64,000 nt of DNA from Betaproteobacteria bacterium (GTDB lineage Bacteria; Pseudomonadota; Gammaproteobacteria; Burkholderiales; Rhodocyclaceae): contig JBAXHE010000010.1 of the NCBI GenBank assembly GCA_037139055.1, positions 91 through 64,090 of the forward strand, read 5' to 3'. A model generated the notes under the pieces. It did no database searches, had not been told where the DNA came from, and saw nothing but the letters and a program-made list of their open reading frames with translations. This document shows, piece after piece, positions 54,467 to 64,000 of the stretch. Position numbers and translations under genes: made by a program. How positions within the stretch are numbered: the first letter of the stretch is position 1; each line of letters opens with the position of its first letter.

Positions 54467-54540
54467 GCGGGCGTCGTATAATGGTAATACCCTAGCTTCC
54501 CAAGCTAGAGCCGTGGGTTCGATTCCCATCGCCCGCTCCA
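54467..54540 (+). tRNA. tRNA-Gly (CCC)
   Basis: GCGGGCG acceptor stem, anticodon arm CTAGC-TTCCCAA-GCTAG, GGTTCGATTCC, encoded CCA. Confidence 0.97.
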
Positions 54541-54547
54541 GAAACGC

Positions 54548-54582
54548 ACAGAAGCCGGAAGATGTTCCGGCTTCTGTTATTT
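54548..54582 (+). terminator. intrinsic terminator after the tRNA
   Basis: ACAGAAGCCGGAA-gatg-TTCCGGCTTCTGT followed by TATTT. Confidence 0.85.
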
Positions 54583-54602
54583 GTGGACCTGTCGAGCACT
54601 CC

Positions 54603-55397
54603 ATGGAAACTACAAGCCTCTTTTCCTACGCCCTTATCGCGCTCGGTGCCTTCATGGGCGGCGGGATGAATGCTCTGGCTGGGGGAGGAACCTTTTTTTC
54701 CTTCCCGGCCCTTCTCGCCGCCGGAGTTCCCCCCGTGATGGCCAATGCCAGCAATAGTGTCGCCCTATGGCCGGCGAGTCTGTTGAATGCCTGGGGCTAT
54801 CGCCATGAACTCCAGCGGCATGGAAAATGGGTCGTGGTACTGGCGCTGGTTTCGGCGCTCGGCGGGCTGGCTGGAGGTTTGCTGCTGCTGTCGACGTCGA
54901 ATGCCGCGTTCTCGAAGCTCATCCCTTGGTTGCTGCTCGTCGCTACCCTGCTCTTTGCCTTTTCCAGCCAGGTTTCTCTCTGGGTGGCAGTGGTCAAGGG
55001 CTGGCTGGGGGCGGGTGTCGCGCTTGAGCGTAAGCCGGGAAGCCTGGGCGGCGCATCGTTCCAGTTCGTGGTGGCCATTTACGGCGGCTTTTTTGGCGCC
55101 GGTCTTGGCATTCTGACGCTGGCGGCGCTGGCCATCCAGGGCTTCAAGGACATGCAGGAACTCAATGCCCTGAAGAACCTTTCGTCGTCGGTCAATTACA
55201 CCATGGCCGCACTTACCTTCATTATTGCCGGGGCGATCAGTTGGCCGCACACACTGGTCATGCTGGTTGCCGCGCTCGCCGGTGGCCGGGCCGGAACGGT
55301 GCTGGCGCGTCGATTGCCGGCCCTGTGGCTGAAACGTGTGGTAATCGCCGTCGGGAGCCTGCTGACGGTGGTGTACTTCGTGAAAACCGGGTTCTGA
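54603..55397 (+). CDS. TSUP (TauE/SafE) family transporter
   Basis: NALAGGGTFFSFPALL, YGGFFGAGLGI, NALKN; start reset to ATG 54603. Confidence 0.9.
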   Translation: METTSLFSYALIALGAFMGGGMNALAGGGTFFSFPALLAAGVPPVMANASNSVALWPASLLNAWGYRHELQRHGKWVVVLALVSALGGLAGGLLLLSTSNAAFSKLIPWLLLVATLLFAFSSQVSLWVAVVKGWLGAGVALERKPGSLGGASFQFVVAIYGGFFGAGLGILTLAALAIQGFKDMQELNALKNLSSSVNYTMAALTFIIAGAISWPHTLVMLVAALAGGRAGTVLARRLPALWLKRVVIAVGSLLTVVYFVKTGF

Positions 55398-55461
55398 AGC
55401 ATACGGACCGCCCGCAAGGCTTCCGTCGGGCGTTCGGGGGGCGTGATAAAATTCGCTCTCC

Positions 55462-55662
55462 ATGGAAATCAAAATCAACGGCGAGTCTCGCCACTTCCCT
55501 GTCCTGCTGACGGTCGCCGAGCTGGTCCTAGAACTCGGCTACGCTGGCAAGCGCATCGCAATCGAGCGCAACGGCGAAATCGTTCCGCGCAGTCGGCACG
55601 GCGACGTTGCCCTGGCCGAAGGGGATTGCCTTGAAATCGTCGTCGCTGTCGGTGGCGGTTAA
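55462..55662 (+). CDS. thiS: sulfur carrier ThiS
   Basis: [25 protein letters not shown]. Confidence 0.95.
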   Translation: MEIKINGESRHFPVLLTVAELVLELGYAGKRIAIERNGEIVPRSRHGDVALAEGDCLEIVVAVGGG

Positions 55663-55700
55663 CTCCACTTCGCTCAACTCCGGTTTGGAATATAAAAATC

Positions 55701-56495
55701 ATGAACGAACAAACACATCAACTGACCATTGGCGGTAAAACCTACCGTTCACGCCTTCTGGTCGGAACCGGAAAATACAAGGATTTTGCCGAAACCCGCG
55801 CAGCGATCGATGCTTCGGGGGCGGAAATCGTCACCGTGGCGATCCGCCGAGTGAATATTGGCCAGAATCCCGGCGAGCCGAATCTGCTTGATGCGCTGCC
55901 GCCGTCGGAATTTACCATCCTGCCAAACACCGCCGGGTGTTACACCGCCGAGGATGCGATTCGCACCCTGCGTCTAGGCCGGGAACTGCTCGACGGACAC
56001 GCGCTGTGCAAGCTGGAAGTCCTGGGTGACCCGAGCAATCTGTTTCCGAACATGCCGGAGACGCTGAAAGCCGCCGAGGTACTGGTCAAGGACGGTTTCC
56101 AGGTGATGGTGTACTGTGCCGACGATCCGATCCAGGCCAAGATGCTCGAAGAGATCGGCTGTGTCGCGGTGATGCCGCTGGCCTCGCTGATTGGTTCCGG
56201 GATGGGTATTGTCAACCCGTGGAATCTGCGCCTGATCATCGACAACGCCAAGGTGCCGGTGCTCGTCGATGCCGGCGTCGGAACCGCTTCGGACGCAACG
56301 ATTGCCATGGAACTAGGCTGCGATGGCGTGCTGATGAATACCGCCATTGCGCACGCGAAAAACCCGGTGCTGATGGGCAGTGCCATGAAAAAGGCCGTCG
56401 AGGCCGGGCGCGAAGCCTTCCTCGCCGGGCGCATGCCGCGCAAATACTACTCGGCCGATCCGTCGTCGCCGACTACCGGTTTGATCGGCTCATGA
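55701..56495 (+). CDS. thiG: thiazole synthase ThiG
   Basis: [32 protein letters not shown]. Confidence 0.97.
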   Translation: MNEQTHQLTIGGKTYRSRLLVGTGKYKDFAETRAAIDASGAEIVTVAIRRVNIGQNPGEPNLLDALPPSEFTILPNTAGCYTAEDAIRTLRLGRELLDGHALCKLEVLGDPSNLFPNMPETLKAAEVLVKDGFQVMVYCADDPIQAKMLEEIGCVAVMPLASLIGSGMGIVNPWNLRLIIDNAKVPVLVDAGVGTASDATIAMELGCDGVLMNTAIAHAKNPVLMGSAMKKAVEAGREAFLAGRMPRKYYSADPSSPTTGLIGS

Positions 56496-57202
56496 GCGCC
56501 GACGGTCAGGATAAGCCCGAATACACCGGAACGCGCTCGGGGCATATCCGCAGCTTTGTGCTGCGCCAGGGACGCGTGTCGAGTGCCCAGCTGCGCTACC
56601 ACGAAGGAATGATGGCCGAAATCGGCGTGCCCTACGTGGCTGCGCCGCACGATCTAGATACGGTGTTTGGCCGCAACGCACCGAAGATTCTGGAAATCGG
56701 CTTTGGCATGGGCGAAACGTCGGCGACGATCGCTGCCGCCAATCCGCAAAACGATTATCTCGGGATCGAGGTGCATACCCCGGGGGTTGGCAGCCTATGC
56801 AAGCTGGTCGCCGAAAATGGGCTGAGCAATCAGCGCATCGTTCAGCACGACGCGGTCGAAGTGCTGCGCGACATGATCCAGCCCGGTGTGCTTTCCGGCG
56901 TGCATATCTTCTTTCCCGATCCGTGGCCGAAAGCGCGGCATCACAAACGACGCCTGATCCAGCCGCCGCTGGTGGCCCTGCTCGCCAGCCGGCTTAAGCC
57001 AGGAGGCTATATCCACTGCGCGACCGACTGGGAAAACTACGCCGAGCAGATGCAGGAGGTGTTATCTGCCGAGGCGTTGCTGGAAAACACAGCGGAAGGT
57101 TTTGCTCCGCGCCCGGATTACCGTCCGCTGACCAAGTTCGAGCAGCGCGGAATCCGTCTGGGGCACGGCGTCTGGGACGTGATTTTCCGGAGAAAGAATT
57201 AA
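56492..57202 (+). CDS. trmB: tRNA m7G46 methyltransferase TrmB
   Basis: [34 protein letters not shown]; ATG overlaps the thiG stop. Confidence 0.96.
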   Translation: MSADGQDKPEYTGTRSGHIRSFVLRQGRVSSAQLRYHEGMMAEIGVPYVAAPHDLDTVFGRNAPKILEIGFGMGETSATIAAANPQNDYLGIEVHTPGVGSLCKLVAENGLSNQRIVQHDAVEVLRDMIQPGVLSGVHIFFPDPWPKARHHKRRLIQPPLVALLASRLKPGGYIHCATDWENYAEQMQEVLSAEALLENTAEGFAPRPDYRPLTKFEQRGIRLGHGVWDVIFRRKN

Positions 57203-57207
57203 ATTCG

Positions 57208-57332
57208 CTAACCACAACGGGCACGACGAGCACAACGAAAAGCCGTTTTTCCGAAAATCTTTCCAGGGGCTCTCCCCTATTTATTGCTACGAATAAACCA
57301 TAAATGTTTTTCGTTGTGTGCGTTGTGGTTAG
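57208..57332. repeat. 125-bp palindromic element with 9-nt-period subrepeats
   Basis: CTAACCACAACG / CGTTGTGGTTAG termini; CACRACG at 57213, 57222 and 57231; CGTTGTG at 57312 and 57321. Confidence 0.75.
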
Positions 57333-57346
57333 TTGTTTTTCGGCTT

Positions 57347-57862
57347 TTACTGTAGCCGAAAAATCACCGGCAGGATGAGTTCGCGCGAGCTGGCGCCGGT
57401 GAGTTTGCCCATGGCGTAGGCGGCTTTGATGGCCGCCTTGTCGAGGAGGCTATGTCCGCTGCTGGCGGCCAGATTGACGTCTTCTACAGCACCATCGGCC
57501 GAGAGTTTGAGGATCAGTCGCACTTCGCCTTCAAGGCCACGGGCGACGGCTTCGGGTGGATAGAATAGGTGCTCGGAAAGCTTGCGTTGTGCGTTCTGGA
57601 CCTCGCGTTTGGCCCGGGTTTTGGATGGTGGTGGCGGCATCGGAGGCGGTGGTTTTTTTACTTCCGGGGCTTCACCTTCCGGATCAAGCGTGTTTTTGAG
57701 CACCGGCTCGGGCGGTGTTTCGGGTTGGGGCGGCAGGCGCAACAAGGCCTGCAGCGCCGGCTGGGGCGGGGCAACAGAATGGCGCTTCAGAAGGTCCGGA
57801 AGGAACAGAACGCCGTGCAGGGCGAATGAAAGCGCGAGAGCAAGAGTCAGACGGGACGGCAT
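57347..57862 (-). CDS. short TonB family protein
   Basis: TM with S...H (LSFALHG), Pro-rich linker, YPPEA...G.EG.V, SSGH..LD.AA; start reset to ATG 57862. Confidence 0.87.
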   Translation of the reverse strand: MPSRLTLALALSFALHGVLFLPDLLKRHSVAPPQPALQALLRLPPQPETPPEPVLKNTLDPEGEAPEVKKPPPPMPPPPSKTRAKREVQNAQRKLSEHLFYPPEAVARGLEGEVRLILKLSADGAVEDVNLAASSGHSLLDKAAIKAAYAMGKLTGASSRELILPVIFRLQ

Positions 57863-57931
57863 CAAAGTCGTATTGTGCAACAAAACGTGACGTAAGATCG
57901 TGGGATGTCGCGTGATCCAGAGGTGATTTGA

Positions 57932-59068
57932 ATGCAACTGATCCATCGAAACAGCCGAATTCTGCTCGTGGCAATCTGCCTGTTTGCCGCTTCGGCATGG
58001 GCTGCAGTGCCTGACCCGATTGAATTCAGTTGGGCCGTCGAAAGCAACAATATTTCGAAGGTCAAAGCCTGGCTTGATGAAGGGCTGAGCCCAGAATTTC
58101 AGGGTAATCAGCTTGGCACTGGGCTGATGATTGCCGCCTGGAACGGTAATATCCCGATGATGGCCTTGTTTGTCGAGCGTGGCGCCAATCCTCGGCGCGC
58201 CAACAAGAACGGCGAACAACCCCTGCAGCTCGCGGCGTGGAACGGTCACATGGACGCCGTTAAATGGCTGCTGGCCAATGGCGCCGCGCTCAATCGCGAA
58301 GGCAAATACTGGAGCGCGCTGCACTATGCCGTCTTCGGCGGTCATACCGACTTGGCCAAGTACCTGATTGAGCGGGGGGCTGAGGTCAATTCCCGTTCTC
58401 CGAATGATTCAACGCCGCTGATGATGGCGGCGCGTGAAGGGCGCGAGGGGATGGTCAAGATCCTGCTCGAGTCCGGCGCCGATCCTAAATCAAAGAATGA
58501 TTGGGGAGACAATGCCTTGGCGTTTGCTATGCGCTATGACCACTACCGACTCGGCAAGATGATTTCTTCGCCCGAGGAATTCGAGATTGCCGTCAAGGCG
58601 CCCAAGGAAAGCTTTGGTGAGGCGTCGCGCTCGGCGCCAGCATCCAAGGAAATCGAGGACTTGCTGCGCAGGATCCGCGAAGCCGAAGCGGCCAAGCGCC
58701 CGACTGAGCAGTTGCGCAAGCAGCTCATGGATGCGGTGAATGCAATGAAGCGCAGCAGTTCGGTGGTGGTCAATGCGTCGCGTCGCCCGATGCCGCTGCC
58801 TTATCAGCCCCGATCGATCGTGATCACCGCCAAGCGTGGATCGCCCGGCGCGGAAAAAGCGCAGGTGGTGGTCGATGGGCAGCGGGTGGCTCCGCCTGCG
58901 GCAGCGAAGAGCGGCCCTGGCTCGATCACCGTTACTCCGGGCAAGCCGCAATTCTCGGCCAGTTACGTGGCCGATCTGATGCGCCAGATCCGCCTTGCCG
59001 AAGCACAGGGTCGGCCGACGGATCAGCTCCAGCGACAGCTTGTCGAGGCGGTTGAGTCGATGAAGTAG
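57932..59068 (+). CDS. exported ankyrin-repeat protein
   Basis: Signal peptide; TGLMIAA, PLQLAA, SALHYA, TPLMMAA; duplicated C-terminal helical motif. Confidence 0.88.
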   Translation: MQLIHRNSRILLVAICLFAASAWAAVPDPIEFSWAVESNNISKVKAWLDEGLSPEFQGNQLGTGLMIAAWNGNIPMMALFVERGANPRRANKNGEQPLQLAAWNGHMDAVKWLLANGAALNREGKYWSALHYAVFGGHTDLAKYLIERGAEVNSRSPNDSTPLMMAAREGREGMVKILLESGADPKSKNDWGDNALAFAMRYDHYRLGKMISSPEEFEIAVKAPKESFGEASRSAPASKEIEDLLRRIREAEAAKRPTEQLRKQLMDAVNAMKRSSSVVVNASRRPMPLPYQPRSIVITAKRGSPGAEKAQVVVDGQRVAPPAAAKSGPGSITVTPGKPQFSASYVADLMRQIRLAEAQGRPTDQLQRQLVEAVESMK

Positions 59069-59079
59069 GTGCCTGCCGC

Positions 59080-60309
59080 TTAATCCGGGTCGGAGAGAAA
59101 ACGCTCCAGCAGCCGGTTGAGGAAGCGCTGCCCCTGATGCGTCGGAGCGATCCGCTGGATAGAGCGCTCGATCAGACCGTCTTTCTCGGCCTGGCGGAGC
59201 GTGCTCTCAATACACTGTAGTGGAAGCGAGGTGCGCATTTCAAAGAGCGCGGCGTCGAACCCCTGATTGAGCCGTAGCGCGTTCATCATGAACTCGAAGG
59301 GCAGATCATCGGCGCTTACCGAGAACTCTTCCTGCAATGCTTCTCTGCTGCCGATCTTCGCCAGATACTGCTTTGGCTGCTTCCAGCGCATTTGCCTCAG
59401 CACCTGATCCTGCGAGGTCAATTTACTGTGCGCTCCGGCACCGATGCCAAGGTAGTCGCCAAAGGTCCAGTAGTTCAGGTTGTGCCGACACTGTCGGTCG
59501 GGCTGGGCAAAAGCCGAGGTTTCATAGTGCGTGAAGCCGGCGGCCGCGAGTCGGGCCTCAATCGCCTCCTGCATGTCGGCGCAGCAGTCCGGGTCGGGTA
59601 AGGCCGGCGGGGTGGCGGCAAACGCGGTGTTGGGTTCAAGGGTCAACTGGTAGCAGGAAATATGAGTTGGCGCGAAAGTGAGCGCCTGCTCCACATCGTC
59701 GATGGCTTGTTCCAGGGTTTGCCCGGGAAGGCCGTACATCAGGTCGAGATTAAAGTTGTCGAAGTGCCGGGTGGCGATGGCTATGGCTTTTCGCGCTTCT
59801 GTATCGTCATGAATTCTGCCAAGCGCTTTAAGGTGGGTTGGGTTGAAACTCTGGATACCGAGCGACAGGCGGTTGACTCCGGCGTCACGAAAAGCCGCAA
59901 ATTTTTCCGATTCGACGGTACCAGGATTGGCTTCCAGGGTGATCTCGGCACCAGGAATCATCGGCAGGCGCGCGCGAAGGTCCGAAATCAGCGTTTTCAT
60001 CCCGGCGCCCGAAAGCAGGCTCGGCGTTCCGCCGCCGAAGAAAATGCTCGAAACATTGCGCCCCCAGATCAGTGGCAAGGCGGATTCGAGGTCGGCGATC
60101 AGTGCGGCAATATAGCTGTCCTCGGGAATGTCCTCGCGGGCTTCGTGCGAGTTGAAGTCGCAATACGGACATTTCTGTACGCACCACGGGATATGGACGT
60201 AGAGCGACAGCGGGACGGCGTGGCGAAAGGCTAGTCCCTTGTCCACCGGGCGGGCGTTCTGGCCTTGCGCAATGATCGGGATGACGCGGTTGGTCGACTT
60301 CTTGGGCAT
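59080..60309 (-). CDS. hemW: radical SAM heme chaperone HemW
   Basis: LYVHIPWC..KCPYCDF, GGGTPS, HNLNYW, GIGAGAH. Confidence 0.95.
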   Translation of the reverse strand: MPKKSTNRVIPIIAQGQNARPVDKGLAFRHAVPLSLYVHIPWCVQKCPYCDFNSHEAREDIPEDSYIAALIADLESALPLIWGRNVSSIFFGGGTPSLLSGAGMKTLISDLRARLPMIPGAEITLEANPGTVESEKFAAFRDAGVNRLSLGIQSFNPTHLKALGRIHDDTEARKAIAIATRHFDNFNLDLMYGLPGQTLEQAIDDVEQALTFAPTHISCYQLTLEPNTAFAATPPALPDPDCCADMQEAIEARLAAAGFTHYETSAFAQPDRQCRHNLNYWTFGDYLGIGAGAHSKLTSQDQVLRQMRWKQPKQYLAKIGSREALQEEFSVSADDLPFEFMMNALRLNQGFDAALFEMRTSLPLQCIESTLRQAEKDGLIERSIQRIAPTHQGQRFLNRLLERFLSDPD

Positions 60310-60896
60310 CAGGATCGGGCGTGCAGCCGTTCAATCAGGTGGGCGAGCGCCAATCCTCGGTGCGAGCGCTGATTTTTAACGGCAGAGTCGAGTTCGGCGG
60401 CGGTCTGGCCGAGATCAGGAAGGTAGAAATAGGGGTCGTAACCGAAACCGCCCTGCCCTCGCTTCTGATCGACCATTTCGCCATACCATTCGCCTTCGGC
60501 AATGATCGGCTGTGGATCCTCGGCATGACGGACAAAAACCAGAACACAGACGTAATGCGCGCGCCGGTCGGCGTGAGTAGCCAGGTCGGCGATCAGCTTT
60601 TGATTGTTGCGTTCGTCGGATTTGGGTTCGCCGGCGTAACGAGCCGAATAGACCCCGGGTGCTCCGCCCAGAACATGGACGCACAGGCCGGAATCGTCGG
60701 CCAAGGCGGGTAGCCCACTACAACGTGAGGCATGGCGCGCCTTTTCCAGGGCATTTTCGACGAAGGTGCAATGCGGTTCTGCGCATTCGGAAATGCCGAG
60801 TTCCTTTTGTGCGACGGGTTCCCAGCCGAGCGGCGCGAGCAGTTCGCCGAATTCGCGGAGCTTGCCGGGGTTGTTCGAGGCGACGACGAGCTTCAT
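60309..60896 (-). CDS. rdgB: non-canonical purine NTP pyrophosphatase RdgB
   Basis: S.NPGKLRE, DDSGL, PG.YSARY, GFGYDP, SHRG. Confidence 0.96.
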   Translation of the reverse strand: MKLVVASNNPGKLREFGELLAPLGWEPVAQKELGISECAEPHCTFVENALEKARHASRCSGLPALADDSGLCVHVLGGAPGVYSARYAGEPKSDERNNQKLIADLATHADRRAHYVCVLVFVRHAEDPQPIIAEGEWYGEMVDQKRGQGGFGYDPYFYLPDLGQTAAELDSAVKNQRSHRGLALAHLIERLHARS

Positions 60897-61609
60897 GCGG
60901 CCATTGCGGCTTTCTGCCGCGCAACAAGTGCGTTGATCCCCGCTTCGGCGAGATCAACCAACTGATTCATCTGGGCGCGGGTGAATGGCTCACCTTCCGC
61001 AGTACCCTGAATTTCGACGATGCCGCCGCTGCCAGTCATCACGACGTTCATGTCGGTGTCGCAGTCGGAGTCCTCGGGGTAGTCGAGGTCAAGCACCGGA
61101 GTGCCCTGGTAAATACCAACCGAGATAGCCGCGACGTGGTCACGGACCGGGTTGGCCGGGATCTTGCCTTGAGCGACCAGCTGTTCGCAGGCGTCGTGCA
61201 GCGCCAGCCAAGCACCGGTGATCGAGGCACAACGCGTTCCGCCATCGGCCTGCAGCACATCGCAATCGAGGGTGATCTGGCGTTCGCCCAGAGCCTTGAG
61301 GTCAACCACGGCGCGTAGCGAGCGGCCGATCAGGCGTTGAATTTCCTGCGTGCGACCGCTTTGTTTGCCTTTCGCTGCCTCACGTGCGCTGCGGGTATGT
61401 GTAGCGCGCGGCAGCATGCCGTACTCGGCAGTGACCCAGCCCTGCCCCTTGCCGCGCAGAAAAGGGGGAAGCGATTCTTCGACGCTGGCCGTGCACAGGA
61501 CCTGGGTGTCGCCCATCTCGATCAGTACCGAGCCTTCGGCGTGACGGGTGAAGTGGCGGGTGATTTTCAGGGCACGAAGTTCTGATGCTTGACGCTGGCT
61601 GGGTCGCAT
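60893..61609 (-). CDS. rph: ribonuclease PH
   Basis: [43 protein letters not shown]. Confidence 0.98.
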   Translation of the reverse strand: MRPSQRQASELRALKITRHFTRHAEGSVLIEMGDTQVLCTASVEESLPPFLRGKGQGWVTAEYGMLPRATHTRSAREAAKGKQSGRTQEIQRLIGRSLRAVVDLKALGERQITLDCDVLQADGGTRCASITGAWLALHDACEQLVAQGKIPANPVRDHVAAISVGIYQGTPVLDLDYPEDSDCDTDMNVVMTGSGGIVEIQGTAEGEPFTRAQMNQLVDLAEAGINALVARQKAAMAA

Positions 61610-61617
61610 GATTATTC

Positions 61618-62538
61618 CTATTTAGAGTATTTCTGAATGGCTGAACGGATTTCCTCGATCGCTTGCTCGATTTCTGCATCGCTCAATTCGGTTTTGGAGT
61701 GTGGGCTGCTTCCGAATACGTCGAGATTGGTCATGACCGTATCGAGGGGCATGGCCTGAGTCGAAATGACGCTGGAAAAGCTGCTGCCGGGTTCGATGTA
61801 GCTGTCTTCCCAGCGTACGGCAACAATCGACAGATTGTCAGCGTAAGGGCCGCCACGGATATCGGCCTGATTCAGGAGCAGAGGAACGGCCTGCATCAGG
61901 TTTTCGGAACTCAGCGATGCGGCGAGCATCTCATCGGGCAACACGCCCCACAGACCATCGGTGCACAGTGCCAGAACATCGCCGGCTTCGAGGGGAGTTT
62001 TGCGTGAGAATTCAATTTCGGGCGGGACCGGGCCACCGAGGCAGCTGTATATTTTGTTGCGCTCCGGGTGTGAGGCTGCCTGGGCTTCGCTGATGACGCC
62101 CTGATCGATCAACAGCTGAACGCGCGAATGGTCACGGGTACGAAAAAGAACTCTCCCGTTGCGCATGACGTAAAGGCGTGAATCGCCGGAATGCGCCCAG
62201 TAGGCGATATTGTCCTGAATGATGCAGGCAACACAGGTGGTGCGTGGTGAATCCTTCAGTTTGTGGGCATTGGTGAAGTCGATGATGGCATGATGCGCGC
62301 TGCGCATCGATTCTTCGAGGAAGAGAAAAGGGTCCTGAATCTGCGATGTCGCTTCACGCTGAAATCTCTCGGTCAGCGTTTGTACGGCAATCTGCGCGGC
62401 AATCTCGCCATAGTAATGGCCCCCCATTCCGTCGGCGATGATCATTAACAGGGCGTCGCGCGAATAGCAGTGAGCGATACGATCTTCGTTATTGTGGCGC
62501 TTGCCGGGGCGGCTTTGCTGATAAATGGTAAATTTCAC
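61618..62538 (-). CDS. PP2C-family Ser/Thr protein phosphatase
   Basis: R..NED, ADGMGGH, GDSRLY, CTDGL, DN.S. Confidence 0.93.
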   Translation of the reverse strand: MKFTIYQQSRPGKRHNNEDRIAHCYSRDALLMIIADGMGGHYYGEIAAQIAVQTLTERFQREATSQIQDPFLFLEESMRSAHHAIIDFTNAHKLKDSPRTTCVACIIQDNIAYWAHSGDSRLYVMRNGRVLFRTRDHSRVQLLIDQGVISEAQAASHPERNKIYSCLGGPVPPEIEFSRKTPLEAGDVLALCTDGLWGVLPDEMLAASLSSENLMQAVPLLLNQADIRGGPYADNLSIVAVRWEDSYIEPGSSFSSVISTQAMPLDTVMTNLDVFGSSPHSKTELSDAEIEQAIEEIRSAIQKYSK

Positions 62539-63485
62539 TTCTTTTCAGTCTTTCTTTTGAATTGGCTGACCATACTGCCAAGCCAGCCTTTTTTCGGGAC
62601 TCTAGGTTTGTGAACCTTTTCAGTGAGGGCTTTCTGCAGCGAAAACACACTTTGCGGGCGATCGAGATGATTCAGGCACAGGCACCAATCGATGGTTTCA
62701 AGTAGCTGTTTTGAGTATTCCCCTTCCCAGCGTGTCAGGGCAGGAACCAGCCGATCCTTCACTTGCCGGGTATCTGCGGCCTGTGGTGCGGCGGAAGCCA
62801 GGCAGGCATACATGGAGGCGCCAACACTATAGATGTCGCTCCATGGGCCGAGCAGCTCTCGCTGGGCATAATGCTCCGGTGAGGCAAAACCCGGGGTGTA
62901 CATTGGCTTGAGCATCGGCGTGTCCAGGGCCAGCGTTTGTCGTGCGGCACCAAAGTCGATCAATACCGGTGTGGTGTCATGCCGCATATAGATATTTGAG
63001 GGTTTCAGGTCGAGGTGCAGCAATTTGTGTGAATGCACCTCGCGCAGACCGTTGAGCAATTTGGTGAACACATTGCGCATGAAGTTTTCGGTGATGATGC
63101 TTCGGTTCTTGTAGATGAATTCCTGCAGGGTGCGGCCCTGCTCGTACTCCATCACCATGTATACCGTGTCATTGGCGCGAAAAAAATTCAGCACGCGGAT
63201 CACATTCGGATGCGAAAGCTTGGCCAGAGCCCTGCCCTCTTCAAAGAAGCACTTCATGCCATACCGGAATGCCGAGCTGTGCTCCTCGGTGATCACCGGC
63301 TTGATTCCCCCTTCGCCGCGCAAAGCCAGACTGTTGGGAAGATATTCCTTGATGGCGACAAACTGATTTGCTTCATTGCTTGCCAGATAGACGATCGAAA
63401 ACCCGCCCAGGGAGAGCTGATGCTCGATGCGATACTCATCGAGGACAAAACCGGCAGGAAGGGCGTGGTTAGCTTGTTGCGCCAT
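62535..63485 (-). CDS. Hanks-type Ser/Thr protein kinase, soluble
   Basis: GGFSIVY, VAIKE, HLDLKPSNI, IDFG, SPE, SDIYS.G; start set to ATG 63485. Confidence 0.93.
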   Translation of the reverse strand: MAQQANHALPAGFVLDEYRIEHQLSLGGFSIVYLASNEANQFVAIKEYLPNSLALRGEGGIKPVITEEHSSAFRYGMKCFFEEGRALAKLSHPNVIRVLNFFRANDTVYMVMEYEQGRTLQEFIYKNRSIITENFMRNVFTKLLNGLREVHSHKLLHLDLKPSNIYMRHDTTPVLIDFGAARQTLALDTPMLKPMYTPGFASPEHYAQRELLGPWSDIYSVGASMYACLASAAPQAADTRQVKDRLVPALTRWEGEYSKQLLETIDWCLCLNHLDRPQSVFSLQKALTEKVHKPRVPKKGWLGSMVSQFKRKTEKK

Positions 63486-63583
63486 CGAGATCAAAGCTAT
63501 CATGTGGTTTGCGGCCATTTTCAGGCTTTGGCGGGGGGCTGTAAAGCAAGATTCCCGCGATTAACCCATTCTTCAGGATTTCT

Positions 63584-64000
63584 ATGATTTATAGCATGAC
63601 CGGTTATGCCGCCAGAACGCAGGATGTCGAACGTGGTGCCTTGCATATTGAACTCAAAAGCGTCAATTCCCGTTATCTCGATTTTCAGTTTCGGGTGTGC
63701 GAAGAATTGCGCATGGTTGAGCCGGCGCTGCGCGAACTCTTCAGCGCACGATTGACGCGCGGCAAGCTGGAGTGCCGGGTGAGTTTTGCAGCCGCAACGA
63801 CGCGTAGTCAGCAGCTCTCTCTCAACGCTGATTTGCTGCAGCGCCTGAAAGGATTTGATGCTCAGATTCGCGACGAGTTACCTCTGGCAGCGCCGCTGGG
63901 GGTTAACGATGTACTACGCTGGCCGGGAATGCTGGGTGACGATTCGCTAGATATCGAGTCGCTGGTTCCGGCCTGCATGGCCTTGGCCAAAGACGCACTG
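63584..64000 (+). CDS. yicC: YicC/YloC family endoribonuclease (partial, runs off the window)
   Basis: Translated by hand: MIYSMTGYAAR...ELKSVNSRYLD...RGKLEC. Confidence 0.92.
   Translation, partial: MIYSMTGYAARTQDVERGALHIELKSVNSRYLDFQFRVCEELRMVEPALRELFSARLTRGKLECRVSFAAATTRSQQLSLNADLLQRLKGFDAQIRDELPLAAPLGVNDVLRWPGMLGDDSLDIESLVPACMALAKDAL

Noticed and set aside
53126-55453. Identical 15-mer GGGCGTGATAAAATT before purT (53126) and thiS (55439)
   Set aside because: It is mostly explained as extended -10 promoters (TGnTAAAAT), which is not enough to claim a shared operator.
54467-55461. Genomic island integrated at tRNA-Gly
   Set aside because: There is no integrase and no duplicated tRNA 3' end; the native terminator follows the tRNA immediately.
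55398-55461. TPP riboswitch before thiSG
   Set aside because: The spacer is too short and lacks the CTGAGA core.
57208-57332. CRISPR array
   Set aside because: The units are 9 nt, inverted between arms, have no spacers, and no cas genes are present.

Overview
This window spans the replication origin of a betaproteobacterial chromosome. Gene order and protein sequences suggest Rhodocyclales, Dechloromonas/Azonexus-like; that placement is an inference. It is mostly housekeeping genes: mnmE-yidC-yidD-rnpA-rpmH / dnaA-oriC-dnaN-gyrB, topB-dprA-LysM / def-fmt-htpX-rsmB-ntrYX-hemE-priA, a Moco operon with an FNR-type promoter, a yybP-ykoY riboswitch, purT, tRNA-Gly(CCC), thiSG-trmB and hemW-rdgB-rph-PP2C-Ser/Thr kinase / yicC. 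I saw no phage, CRISPR array or transposase. The most notable signals are: (1) a second DnaA-box cluster with DARS-like geometry between hemE and priA; (2) a 267-bp MITE-like element that folds into a branched structure with complementary loops and supplies a kinase stop codon; (3) an EF-hand protein with no signal peptide, divergent from a CpxRA-like pair, with Cpx-type boxes and a sigma28-type -10; (4) a rapZ-NusG-II-Gx-ubiX operon resembling EetA/EetB; (5) three parS sites, one inside ubiX; (6) a palindromic element built from 9-nt repeats after trmB. All calls were made by eye; no searches were run.
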